Sequence record: DRR723986_591
Direction: 5' to 3' (one strand)
Length of the DNA stretch: 42,543 nucleotides
The position numbers were made by a program, and so were the translations under genes. Each line of letters opens with the position of its first letter. Positions within the stretch are counted from its first letter, which is position 1. The notes under the pieces are model-generated. The model was not told the DNA's origin, did not search any database, and saw only the letters and a list, made by a program, of their open reading frames with translations. Below are positions 18,429-28,237 of this stretch, piece after piece.

Positions 18429-20450
18429 ATGTTCAGAAGTATGTTCCGAAATATTTGCCAGTTAGCGGTTTGCGGCATCGCGATTTTGGTGTCTGCGAAT
18501 GCTTTTGCGCAGAACGAGGTCGAGATCTTTGAATATGAGCCTTACCAGGTTCATATCGGCTATACATTTGACGCATCGGTAGACGTCGCGCCGGAGCTAC
18601 AGCAGCAGTTTCTCGATGGACTTGCCCAAGAGTTGAAGAGGACATTCCGCTCGGCATGGCGGACGTCAATGGCTCCGCTACCGCAGTCCCTCGAATCGCA
18701 GGTCGTGCGCAATCTGGCTCGAGTCGAATCCAAGCAATTGCTTGAGGATGATTTCGTTTTAGTCGTTTCATCAACGCAGGATGCTACAAAGAATCTTCGC
18801 TCGGCCGAAATCGCGCTCGACGCCATTTCTGACTTTGCCATCCTTGATAGCGACTATCGGCTGCTGACCATGTTGGCGGCCAGCTATCCGGATTCTGAGT
18901 TGGCCTCGCAGCTAATTTCGAAGGCGAAGACCGCCGATTTTGCCGTCAAGAACGTTGGTGAGCAGATCCCGGCTGCAATCATGCGCAAAAGCTCCACGTC
19001 GCAGTTGCCTGCAACCGGGGCTCGCGTCATGCCCATCTACTTGCCCTGGCAAACAGGAACGCTGATGCGGCAGTACGACAAATTGTTCTTCATAGTTATC
19101 GGGCAACACGGCGATGACTTCTTCGTCAGAGCGAAGGAAATTGATTGCCCGATGTTCTTTGACGGCCCGATGTTCTCAGGGACATTTCCCAGTTGGGGTT
19201 CCGGGCCGCGGATTGCATCGACGGTCATAACAAGGGCCTTTGCACCAATCGCTCGCGTTGAGCGTTCTACGAGGACAACCGCTGAACTGCTATTGAAAGC
19301 TGGCGGGTTAATCATCGATGACGAGAATCCAGCCAAGATACACGTCGGCGAAGTTGTGCATCCTGTTGTTCGGAAAGACGATCGCAATGGCATGCCGGTT
19401 CTTCTGAAGGCGCAGCCATGGACTTACGCGGCGATATCTGATGTGGATCGGGCTGAATTGCAAGCCAACGTTTACTCCTTTTCAAGCAGTTCGGGTGGTT
19501 CCGGCTTGGGCGGTCGAGCGAATCGGCGCACGAAGCGACTTGTGTTTCGAGTCAGGCCGCAGGTAGAGGAAACGGCCATGCAGATTGTCGTGGCCCGCGA
19601 TGGGACACCGCAGGCGGGGTGTTTCGTCTACGAGCGAGATTTGATCACCGACAAATTCGACTATATCGGGCGGACGGACTGGCGTGGACAGATTGTGATA
19701 CCCGTGCCAGACGATTATGGAACGTTCCTTCCGAATGATATTAAGCAGAAGCGTCTGGCCGCACTACGCGAAAAACAAATCGCTGAGAAGAACGGCGAGG
19801 TAACTGACAGCGAGACAACCGACGACGAGGCAGGTGGAGACGCCGCAAAGTCTGATGCTGAAAGCGACACCGCGGAGGCAACTTCTGATACAGACGCAAC
19901 GGTTAGCGAGAAAGTTGACGACTACGCTGGTGACACGTCAAAGTGGGAGATTCCGCTCAAGTCACCTCTGAAGCAGATCTACGTAAAGAGTGGTAACTTT
20001 GTCATGGCAAAGTTGTCGATGGTTCCCGGTCTGAAGGACGTAGAAGTCGCTGAACTGCTGGATGATCGGCTTCGGCTCGAGATTGAGGCCTTTGTTAAGG
20101 GGTACCAAAACGAGGTCATTGAGCTCATCGGTCTCCGCCGATTGCTGGCAGCTCGCGTCAAACTGCTAGCCGACAAGGGGAAGATTGACGAGGCAAAGCA
20201 AGAGCTGATTCGCCTGCGTTCGCTGGCCGATTACACGCAAATGGCCGATGGCTTGGTAAAGATCCGCCGACGTTTCCTAGGCGACAATCAGAATGATCTA
20301 CCCGGATACACGCGATTGCAAATTGATCGGATGTTTGCGACAACACGTGAGCTTCTACAAAAGTACTTGCAGGATTCACTTGTAGACGACGCCGTTGAAG
20401 CCGTTGAGGATGCTCAACGCAATCCGGCCACACCCAGCGATGCTGGTTAG
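18429..20450 (+). CDS. Exported hypothetical protein (673 aa)
   Basis: Signal peptide ending ANAFA-Q, long co-oriented ORF, internal acidic low-complexity segment and helical C-terminus. Confidence 0.8.
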   Translation: MFRSMFRNICQLAVCGIAILVSANAFAQNEVEIFEYEPYQVHIGYTFDASVDVAPELQQQFLDGLAQELKRTFRSAWRTSMAPLPQSLESQVVRNLARVESKQLLEDDFVLVVSSTQDATKNLRSAEIALDAISDFAILDSDYRLLTMLAASYPDSELASQLISKAKTADFAVKNVGEQIPAAIMRKSSTSQLPATGARVMPIYLPWQTGTLMRQYDKLFFIVIGQHGDDFFVRAKEIDCPMFFDGPMFSGTFPSWGSGPRIASTVITRAFAPIARVERSTRTTAELLLKAGGLIIDDENPAKIHVGEVVHPVVRKDDRNGMPVLLKAQPWTYAAISDVDRAELQANVYSFSSSSGGSGLGGRANRRTKRLVFRVRPQVEETAMQIVVARDGTPQAGCFVYERDLITDKFDYIGRTDWRGQIVIPVPDDYGTFLPNDIKQKRLAALREKQIAEKNGEVTDSETTDDEAGGDAAKSDAESDTAEATSDTDATVSEKVDDYAGDTSKWEIPLKSPLKQIYVKSGNFVMAKLSMVPGLKDVEVAELLDDRLRLEIEAFVKGYQNEVIELIGLRRLLAARVKLLADKGKIDEAKQELIRLRSLADYTQMADGLVKIRRRFLGDNQNDLPGYTRLQIDRMFATTRELLQKYLQDSLVDDAVEAVEDAQRNPATPSDAG

Positions 20451-20510
20451 CAAGAGCAGGAGTGGCGGCAACTTCTGTTGGGCTTTGAGCGGCCCAGCAT
20501 TCGACGAGTG

Positions 20511-20903
20511 CTATCTTTCTTCACTTGCATCGGGGCCAGAAGCCTCCGGTGGTGTGGTGTCGTCGGATTCTTCCTCTCGCTTTCGCGAGCCACCCCGCCA
20601 TGTTGGTCGCCGCCGCTGAGCCTTCTTGTGGTGCTGCGCCCGAAAGTGGGGAGCGTCAGTAGGACCGAGCTTGAGTTCCAGAGGACGGGCTGAGCGTCGA
20701 ACAGACGTGGCTCGCAAGTCAATCTTTTCAATCCTCGCCAACTCATCGAGTTCGTATTCGACTTCGTCACCCTCTTCAAGGTTCTTGGTGCCGATCTTGA
20801 TGACCTTGGAAAAGTGAAAAAACACGTCGTCGCGAAGGTCGGCAGATCGGATGAACCCGATCTTCTTTTCTGGAAGAACTTTGACTACTTTTCCGATTCG
20901 CAT
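20511..20903 (-). CDS. Cold-shock domain protein with basic C-terminal extension
   Basis: GKVVKV, KIGFI (RNP1-like), DVFFHFS (RNP2) and LEEGDEVEYEL. ATG 20903. Confidence 0.85.
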   Translation of the reverse strand: MRIGKVVKVLPEKKIGFIRSADLRDDVFFHFSKVIKIGTKNLEEGDEVEYELDELARIEKIDLRATSVRRSARPLELKLGPTDAPHFRAQHHKKAQRRRPTWRGGSRKREEESDDTTPPEASGPDASEER

Positions 20904-21054
20904 CGATCGAACATTCAAAAGGTAAACTGAACGCGAGGAATTTTCCGCCACACCGCTAATTCTGACTGGTCAGCCACGAAATTCCCAGTCGTATTTTGCG
21001 AACTGTAAATCGATTGCCCAATCTAGCGGTGTCTGTAATAACGAAAGTTGCGTT

Positions 21055-21636
21055 TCAATTCACCAAAGAGCTTGAGGGCACCACGGAAGTTCCCGTCATG
21101 GAGGCGACAAGTTGGTTGCCGATCTGTCGCATCGCAAGCGGCCAAAGGATCTGGGAGTCGGCGAAGACTAGGGCATCTGAAAGTGGCAGCGGAAGCCATT
21201 TGCCGGCGGCAAATTGGGCATCCAGTTCGCCTGGGGCCCATTGTGTCTGGCCGACGATAATTCTCAGTTTGGACGATGATCGTGTGATTGCTTTGATACT
21301 CTCGACCTGAGCCGCAAAATGGACGTTTTCAGCCGGGGAGTACTCGCTCTTCGTTGCGTCTTGATGGATGGCAACCACTGGGCCGGAATGGAGCCCGCCG
21401 AGATGGACCTCCCGCGGACGCTCTGAGCCCGTGAACAGAGACGAGAGCTGGGGCGAAAGCTTGGCCGTTGGACGGTTGAGCATAATGCCAACGGCGACTT
21501 CCGGCGTATGATGAACGACCAGGACAACGCTTCTTTCGAAAAATTCGTCTGACCACTCAGGGGCAGCTACAAGCGCGTGTCCAGATAAATTGATGGGTAA
21601 ATTGAGGTGGGGATCTATTTCAAATCTTCCGCTCAT
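21055..21636 (-). CDS. YqgE/AlgH (UPF0301) family protein
   Basis: LVAAP...FFERSVVLVVHH...GIMLNRP, GGLHSGP, GQTQWAPGELDAQ...GKW and C-terminal SSLVN. ATG 21636 preferred. Confidence 0.85.
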   Translation of the reverse strand: MSGRFEIDPHLNLPINLSGHALVAAPEWSDEFFERSVVLVVHHTPEVAVGIMLNRPTAKLSPQLSSLFTGSERPREVHLGGLHSGPVVAIHQDATKSEYSPAENVHFAAQVESIKAITRSSSKLRIIVGQTQWAPGELDAQFAAGKWLPLPLSDALVFADSQILWPLAMRQIGNQLVASMTGTSVVPSSSLVN

Positions 21637-21872
21637 GCTCAAACTAGCCTTACAGAAATTTGATGATTCAGTTGCCTTTCTGCCTGTGAAGACGGCTGTC
21701 ATGCTGGCAGAACAAACGCAGGTTTGCAGATTTTGCAAAATCCGCGCCAAACTCGGCGCAGGGCCTCGGAAATTCGTTTAATCACCACTGTGGAATCTGA
21801 AAACAATACAAAGCTGCCGCATTTTCTTGGGATGCTGGAGGCAGCGACCTACACCATAGCGAGACAGAAACG

Positions 21873-22517
21873 ATGGGATTGGAAGATCTAAGACGCAGCT
21901 ACACGGCTAGTGAACTTGATGAGCAACAGCTCCGGGACGATCCGATGGAGTTGTTTCATGCGTGGTTTGACCACGCGCAAGGCGAAGATTCCCCCGAGTG
22001 GCTGGAGGTTAACGCGATGACTCTGGCCACGGCGGGCCAAGATGGTCGCCCGAGCGCTCGGATCGTCCTCCTCAAGAAAGTGCTCGAGGATGGTTTTGCA
22101 TTTTTTACGAACTACAACTCGCTCAAGGGACAGCAGTTAGCTGAAAATCCACAGGCGTCGTTGATGTTTTACTGGCCGCACGTCGAGCGTCAAATCCGGA
22201 TCGAGGGCAGCGTCGAAAAGGCTTCCTCGGAACTAAGCGATGAATACTTCAACGCGAGACCAATTGGCAGTCGTATCGGTGCAGTGGTTAGTCCACAGTC
22301 GGAAGTAATCGGGGGCCGGCATGTTCTAGAGGATGCGGTTGATAAGCTGGAGGAGCAAGTCGAATCATCAGGGCTTCAGCGTCCAGAATTTTGGGGCGGC
22401 TACGTCCTCAAGCCTGCGCTGATGGAGTTCTGGCAAGGTCGTCCCAGCAGGCTGCACGATCGATTTCAGTACCGACGATCAGAATCGGGCTGGAAAGCCA
22501 GCCGTCTCGCCCCTTGA
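21873..22517 (+). CDS. pdxH: Pyridoxamine 5'-phosphate oxidase
   Basis: NAMTLAT...PSARIVLLK, FFTNYNSLKG, RQIRIEG, EYFNARP, EFWQGRPSRLHDR and RLAP. Confidence 0.97.
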   Translation: MGLEDLRRSYTASELDEQQLRDDPMELFHAWFDHAQGEDSPEWLEVNAMTLATAGQDGRPSARIVLLKKVLEDGFAFFTNYNSLKGQQLAENPQASLMFYWPHVERQIRIEGSVEKASSELSDEYFNARPIGSRIGAVVSPQSEVIGGRHVLEDAVDKLEEQVESSGLQRPEFWGGYVLKPALMEFWQGRPSRLHDRFQYRRSESGWKASRLAP

Positions 22518-22812
22518 GCAGGGCTAATCGGAGCTTCAGTCTTTGGTGGATGAAGGTTGCAAATCCCCTTGGGTTGCAGTGCATTTTACGCGAGTTTCCA
22601 ACGGAACCGTTGCGCCGGTAACTGCTTCCACTTTCGCCAACCGCATCACCGTGAAACCGCGGTGCTACTCTGACAAGTACCAGCGGGCAAGGCCCCTCTT
22701 TGTGATATCAATTTCTATTGGTTGCAATCTCACCGCAAGTCATCGTGTAGAATCGGTGCGACGGCTTTGAGTCGCTGCTCCATCCTACTTGTTTCACATG
22801 AAAGAGTTGTTC

Positions 22813-23283
22813 ATGTCAGAAAATCCGTATCAGCCCGCTCCACTCCAGGAATCTATTGCGCCACCTGTTCAACCTGGAGGCGTTGCTGCTTCTCAGAATA
22901 AACGATTTGTAAATTTTCTGGTCGACGTATTGTGCTACTATATGGGGACCTTTGTTGTTGGATTTGCAATAGGGGTTGTCGCTGCGATTGGCGGCATCGC
23001 TGAACCTGTAGCGGCGATCGTGGCTAGTCTGGCTGGCTTCCCTGTCTTCTTCGGGTACTTTATTGTCCTGGAGGCGACGACTGGGAAGACACTGGGCAAA
23101 TTGGTAACGGGCACGCGAGTCGTGCGGGTTGATGGCGGTAAGCCGACCTTCCTGCAAATATTGGGGCGCACAGCATCTAGGATCATTCCCCTCGAGCCAT
23201 TTTCATTTCTGTTCGGCGACAATACCACCGGATGGCATGATACGCTGTCCGGCACGAAGGTCATCGATGAACGCGCGCGTTAG
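22813..23283 (+). CDS. RDD family membrane protein
   Basis: KRFVNFLVD, YFIVLEATTGKTLGKLVTGTRVV and WHDTLSGTKVI, with an N-terminal NPYQ motif. Confidence 0.9.
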   Translation: MSENPYQPAPLQESIAPPVQPGGVAASQNKRFVNFLVDVLCYYMGTFVVGFAIGVVAAIGGIAEPVAAIVASLAGFPVFFGYFIVLEATTGKTLGKLVTGTRVVRVDGGKPTFLQILGRTASRIIPLEPFSFLFGDNTTGWHDTLSGTKVIDERAR

Positions 23284-23308
23284 TTCGCAGTCAGCTTGCG
23301 CTCGATTG

Positions 23309-25231
23309 TTATGCCGGCACGGATGCCGTTGCGTCCCCGGACGTAATCTTCGGCTGTGTCGCTAGGGAAACAACGACAAGGGTCAAGAATGATAGCGGTA
23401 TCGTGACGATGCCAGGTTGGCTAAATGGGACAATTGAAGCCAATATTTCTGGGCGATCGATGTGATACACCGAACTGAAGGTGTCGGAGCTCAGCAGGAT
23501 CCAAGCAAGTGAGCTTGCCATGCCCACTAAGATCCCTGCAATAATGCCTTGGCGGGTTGTCTTCTTCCAAAACAGAAGCATAACCAAGGCAGGCAAGTTT
23601 GCGCTAGCTGCAACGCTAAACGCCCATCCTACTAAGTAGGAAACGTTAAAGCCTTGGAAGACAATTCCGAGCACGATTGCGATCAACCCAACTCCAACAG
23701 AGGTGATCTTGGCGACACGGACCTGCGCGGCATCGTTCATGTCGTTGCCCAGGACATTCTTGACGATGTCGTGACTGACCGCACCGGCAGAGGCCAGGAT
23801 CAGCCCAGATACCGTTCCTAAAACGGTTGTAAACGCGATCGCGGAAATGATCGCAAACAACCATTCGCTCATGCTGCGAGCCAACAACGGCGCGGCCATA
23901 TTGCTGGTCGTAACATCGAGTGCACCGCTAGTCATCGCCCCAAGGCCCAAGTAGAGGGTCAATACATAGAAGAATCCGATCGTGGCGATGCCAACGATGG
24001 TACTTTTTCGGGCGGCAGCAACGTCTTTGACCGTGTAATAGCGAATCAAAATGTGCGGCAACGAGGCTGTTCCGCAGAACAACGCAAACATCAGCGATAG
24101 GAAGTTGAGTTTCCCGAACAAATCGTCTTTGCGAATGCCATTGAACTTCGGATGCTCGCCAGGACGCAACACTCGGTCGCCTGGCGTAATTTCAGGGAAG
24201 TAAATGGTGCTGGTTACGTCGCCATCTATCGCAAACTTTGCTTTGTCCTTTCGCCACAGGACCAGCTCGCTACCATCGATCACCTGAAAGAACTCGATCG
24301 GCCCTACGGCGCCCGTAGACTGCTGGTCGCCTGGCAACTTGCGTATGTGGCCAATCGGGTGCAGGGGCGAGTTCTCTTGTGTGTCTTCGTCGGAGCGGAC
24401 CTCTTGGCACTCAAGCAATAGCTGGGAATCAGGTTCGTGGCGGAGTACCATCGTCACTCCGTCGCGCGTCGTTGCGCGAAAGTAGTCGGTGTCCTCGAAC
24501 TCAGGTGCATTTTCCAGTGTCATGCCCGACGCTGCGATCTGTTGTTCCGGCGTCGATCCATCGGCAATCTGCAGGGTCGTAAATTTGTGACCATCAATGC
24601 CACCTTCGGCAGTTTCGAATCCACGGTTCAAGATCGCCACGGTCAAGATGCCACTAAACAGGACTAGCAGCGATCCCTTAAGAAACTGAACCCAAGTCGT
24701 GGAGACCATTCCGGCCGTTACCACAATCAAGATGACGACAGCACCGACAATGACGACTCCAGCCCAATGCGGAAACCCGAGCAACGGCTGAACGAGAACC
24801 CCTGCGCCGACCATCTGCGGGATGAGGTAAAAAATGCTAACGGCTAGCGTGCTAATGCCGGCGGCGAGTTGAATGCCCTTGGACTGAAATTTTGAATTGA
24901 GCGCATCGGCAAAAGTAAATTTCCCCAGTCGCTTCATTGGCTCTGCAACGACGAACAGGGCAACAATCCAACCTGCGAGATAACCAATCGAGTAAAGAAA
25001 ACCGTCGTAGCCGTAGAACGCGATCATTCCGCAGATACCGAGGAAGGATGCTGCAGAGAGGTAGTCGCCAGCGAAGGCTATGCCGTTAACGAACCAGGGA
25101 ATCTGGCCGTGCGCGGTGAAGTACCCAGAAGAGGACTTGGCGCGGCTGCCCAGATAAAAGCTGAGGCCGAGTGTCACTCCGACAAATGCAAAGAAAATGA
25201 CAACTGCGATTGGAGAGGTCTCGTAATTCAT
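23309..25231 (-). CDS. actP: Cation/acetate symporter ActP-like (SSS family) with a large soluble insertion
   Basis: NGIAFAGDYLSAASFLGI, GKFTFAD, YLIPQMVGAG, GMVSTTWVQFLKG, GTASLPHILIRYYTV and AFSVAASAN, next to a DUF485 gene. Confidence 0.88.
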   Translation of the reverse strand: MNYETSPIAVVIFFAFVGVTLGLSFYLGSRAKSSSGYFTAHGQIPWFVNGIAFAGDYLSAASFLGICGMIAFYGYDGFLYSIGYLAGWIVALFVVAEPMKRLGKFTFADALNSKFQSKGIQLAAGISTLAVSIFYLIPQMVGAGVLVQPLLGFPHWAGVVIVGAVVILIVVTAGMVSTTWVQFLKGSLLVLFSGILTVAILNRGFETAEGGIDGHKFTTLQIADGSTPEQQIAASGMTLENAPEFEDTDYFRATTRDGVTMVLRHEPDSQLLLECQEVRSDEDTQENSPLHPIGHIRKLPGDQQSTGAVGPIEFFQVIDGSELVLWRKDKAKFAIDGDVTSTIYFPEITPGDRVLRPGEHPKFNGIRKDDLFGKLNFLSLMFALFCGTASLPHILIRYYTVKDVAAARKSTIVGIATIGFFYVLTLYLGLGAMTSGALDVTTSNMAAPLLARSMSEWLFAIISAIAFTTVLGTVSGLILASAGAVSHDIVKNVLGNDMNDAAQVRVAKITSVGVGLIAIVLGIVFQGFNVSYLVGWAFSVAASANLPALVMLLFWKKTTRQGIIAGILVGMASSLAWILLSSDTFSSVYHIDRPEILASIVPFSQPGIVTIPLSFLTLVVVSLATQPKITSGDATASVPA

Positions 25232-25479
25232 CGATCATCCTCCGCATCACTGGTTTGCTCCTGAGGGGCGAACAGTCCGTAGATTGCCGAGAGTGCAAAA
25301 GCCACAATGATCAAACCGAAGCCCCAGAGAATCGCGAGGTTCAGACCGCCCAGTGGCTTCCATTCCGAGAGCGTGGGGACAAAAGCGTTTACGACAACAA
25401 AGCTGGCGTAGAAAAGAGAGTAAACAGCAAACAGGATCAATCCAAGTTTGGATGCTCCCGACGATGATGGATCAGACAT
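25228..25479 (-). CDS. DUF485 (YjcH-like) small membrane protein
   Basis: Two TM helices (LFAVYSLFYASFVVV; GLNLAILWGFGLI). It overlaps the actP start by 4 nt (ATGA), matching the usual yjcH-actP pairing. Confidence 0.85.
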   Translation of the reverse strand: MSDPSSSGASKLGLILFAVYSLFYASFVVVNAFVPTLSEWKPLGGLNLAILWGFGLIIVAFALSAIYGLFAPQEQTSDAEDDR

Positions 25480-25639
25480 CTCGCGCTTTCCTAGAATAGT
25501 AAGCTGTGCTGGGAATGCTCGCCCATGCCAACTTGTTGCTTTTCCGCCAATCGGGCCACTGTAGCCCTTGCAAGCTGCGGATTCAAGACGCCTGCCCGTC
25601 GGAAGGGAGCAGCTCAAGCCCTAGAGAGTTGTACTTGGA

Positions 25640-27916
25640 CTACATCGTATCCATCGGGTCGATGTCGATGACGTACTGAACCTCTTTGGGAGGCTTAAGT
25701 CCTGCAGTTGTCTTAACAAGCAGCCGATTGAGAGGCTCAGGGGTGTCGGTTTGCAAAAGACAGTGGAACCGATACTTGCCCCGTAGCTTGGGAAGGGACG
25801 GTGGAGCAGGGCCAAGAATGCGACATTCGATTCCCATGATTTCTCTCTGCGTGTTGAGACGCCGAACGACGCTTTCGGCGAATCCTTCCACTTCGTCCTG
25901 GTTCGGGCCTCGCATAATGATCCGCGCAATATGACCGAAGGGAGGGTAGGTGTACTGCTTTCGCTGAATCAGTTCTTGGGCGGCGAAGCCCAGGAAGTCG
26001 TGTTTGGCCGCCGCAACAATGGCCGGGTGCTCTGGAGAAAAGGTCTGTACCAACACATGTCCCGCCTTCTCACCGCGGCCAGTGCGGCCGGCGACTTGGG
26101 TAACGAGTTGGAAGGTGCGCTCGGCGGCTCGAAAATCAGGGAAGTGCAGGGCGGTGTCAGCGTTGATTACACCGACCAGCAGCACGTTGGGAAAGTCAAG
26201 CCCCTTTGCAATCATCTGCGTACCGAGAAGTAGTTGGATCTTGCCTTCGCGAAACTGCGAGAGGATTCGCTCGTGGCTGCCGGGACGACGCATCGTGTCG
26301 CTATCCATTCGGCCAACACTGATATGTGGGAAAGCTCGCTGAACCTCCATCTCTAGTCGCTGTGTGCCCAGTCCAGCGTAACGGATTGTTTTTGATTTGC
26401 ATTCCGTGCAGCTTGGCGGTGTGGGGATTTGGTAATCACAATAGTGACAGCACGCTTTGCCGCCGTCATGATGGTGGGTCAGCGGCAGGTCGCAATCGGG
26501 GCACGCTTCTACGTGACCGCATGCTGGGCATTGGATGGCAGTTGCAAAGCCGCGTCGGTTGAGGAGCAGCATGACCTGCCCGCCCTCTGCAACGGTCTCT
26601 TTAACCGCCATCTTGAGTTGCCTGGATAGCGACCCGCGATTGGGATCGACTTGTTCGCTGCGCAGGTCGACTGTGGTGACCTGTGGCATTGGCCGGTTGT
26701 GAATGCGTCGTGGCAAACTGGCCAGCGTGTAGAGCCCATTCTTCGCCCGATGCCATGTCTCAAGACTGGGAGTGGCTGATCCGAGGATGAGTGGGATGCG
26801 TTCAAGGTGTGCGCGGTGCAGAGCTACGTCGCGAGCATGGTATCTGGGTTGCGTGTCCTGCTTGAATGTCGTCTCGTGCTCTTCGTCTAAGATGATCAAG
26901 CCAAGATTGGGAAGCGGGGCGAAAATCGCACTTCGAGCTCCGATGACAACGGGCACGTTCCCCGATGCAATACTTCGCCATTGTGCGTGGCGTTGGCCAT
27001 CGGAGAGATGGCTATGCAAGACGGCGACATTTCCAAAACGCTCCAGGAAACGCCGGCGTGTCTGAGGTGTAAGGCTGATTTCTGGCACCAGTACAATGGC
27101 TTGTCGACCGTACGAGAGCACCTCATGAATGGCCTGCATGTACACTTCCGTCTTGCCACTGCCCGTAACCCCGTGCAAGAGGATTGTTTCAGGCTTGGCA
27201 CTTTCAAGGGCGGCGACAATCGTTTGGAAGGCGCCGCGTTGGTCGCCACTAAGGGCTAGTGGAATTCCACTAGGGCGAATGTTCGCACCCCGAGCTTCAT
27301 CGTAGACGCGGATGGTTCGAGCTTCGATGACACCCGCATCCTTGAGAGCTTTAATGGGTGCTGAGGAGCATCCGGCAAGTTTTTGCAGTTGATCGGAAGT
27401 CAATCCCTCGCCAGCAACGACCAATGCAGATAGTGCATCGCGTTGTTTCTTGGTCAGGCTGTCCAGTGCGGCTGCGTTGCTGGCAAGGTCAGTTGGAAAA
27501 TAGAGCTTTTTTTGACGGCTGCCCGCATTGGCTCTGACGCCCGCCGGAATTGCCGCTTCGAAGATCTGACCGAGTGGCGTAATGTAGTAGCGGCTCATCC
27601 ATTGGAAGAGCTCAAGCAATCGCGGAGTGCAAAGTGGTTCGGCATCCACGACTTCTTGAACAGGCTTGAACGCCTCAGGCGGCCGAGCAGCCGTTTCGAC
27701 GCCGATGCAATAAGCCAACATCGGGCGGTTGCTCTTGCCGAGCGGCACGCGGACACGCATACCAATCTGCACAGCATCCAGCAGTTCATCTGGAATGCGA
27801 TAGTCAAACGGTCCGTGGGGAGCTTCAGAAAAAACAACTCGCGCAATGCGACACTCACCCTGGGCGTCTAATTCCCACGGTGGAATTTCTTGCGAGAATA
27901 GTTCACCTTGGCTCAT
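25640..27916 (-). CDS. priA: Primosomal protein N'
   Basis: LLHGVTGSGKTEVY, LVPEISLTPQ, DEEHE, GSATPSLE, LNRRGF, the eight-Cys Zn region (CPAC, CPDC, CHYC, CTEC) and GTQMIAKGLDFP. Confidence 0.98.
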   Translation of the reverse strand: MSQGELFSQEIPPWELDAQGECRIARVVFSEAPHGPFDYRIPDELLDAVQIGMRVRVPLGKSNRPMLAYCIGVETAARPPEAFKPVQEVVDAEPLCTPRLLELFQWMSRYYITPLGQIFEAAIPAGVRANAGSRQKKLYFPTDLASNAAALDSLTKKQRDALSALVVAGEGLTSDQLQKLAGCSSAPIKALKDAGVIEARTIRVYDEARGANIRPSGIPLALSGDQRGAFQTIVAALESAKPETILLHGVTGSGKTEVYMQAIHEVLSYGRQAIVLVPEISLTPQTRRRFLERFGNVAVLHSHLSDGQRHAQWRSIASGNVPVVIGARSAIFAPLPNLGLIILDEEHETTFKQDTQPRYHARDVALHRAHLERIPLILGSATPSLETWHRAKNGLYTLASLPRRIHNRPMPQVTTVDLRSEQVDPNRGSLSRQLKMAVKETVAEGGQVMLLLNRRGFATAIQCPACGHVEACPDCDLPLTHHHDGGKACCHYCDYQIPTPPSCTECKSKTIRYAGLGTQRLEMEVQRAFPHISVGRMDSDTMRRPGSHERILSQFREGKIQLLLGTQMIAKGLDFPNVLLVGVINADTALHFPDFRAAERTFQLVTQVAGRTGRGEKAGHVLVQTFSPEHPAIVAAAKHDFLGFAAQELIQRKQYTYPPFGHIARIIMRGPNQDEVEGFAESVVRRLNTQREIMGIECRILGPAPPSLPKLRGKYRFHCLLQTDTPEPLNRLLVKTTAGLKPPKEVQYVIDIDPMDTM

Positions 27917-27995
27917 GGTTATGTGTGATTTGCAATAGTCGGGGAGGGCATTCTACCGTCGTGCGTGTGCCGCATCCGTGACGCAGTCATATACT

Positions 27996-28024
27996 CTGCA
28001 GTAGTCTGGACTGCAGTAGTCTGG
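27996..28024. repeat. Tandem duplication (CTGCAGTAGTCTGG)x2, period 15
   Basis: Exact copies at 27996-28009 and 28011-28024 in the priA/nadD divergent intergenic region. Confidence 0.8.
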
Positions 28025-28237
28025 CGGGCGACGCCTCGCCCGGGCGGATCATTTAGCGACGGCCAGCAGTACGAGCGGGACACACTGCTGCGATGTGCAA
28101 CTTGTTTCCAGGAGTGCTGGAAAATGCCGCTGCAGCGGGTATCCTGCGATGCGATCGCTTTCGCGCGATGCATCGCAATTATGCCCGAGCTTAACAGTGG
28201 CGTCATTTGTTTTATTACCAGTAGAGTGGGGCAGTAT

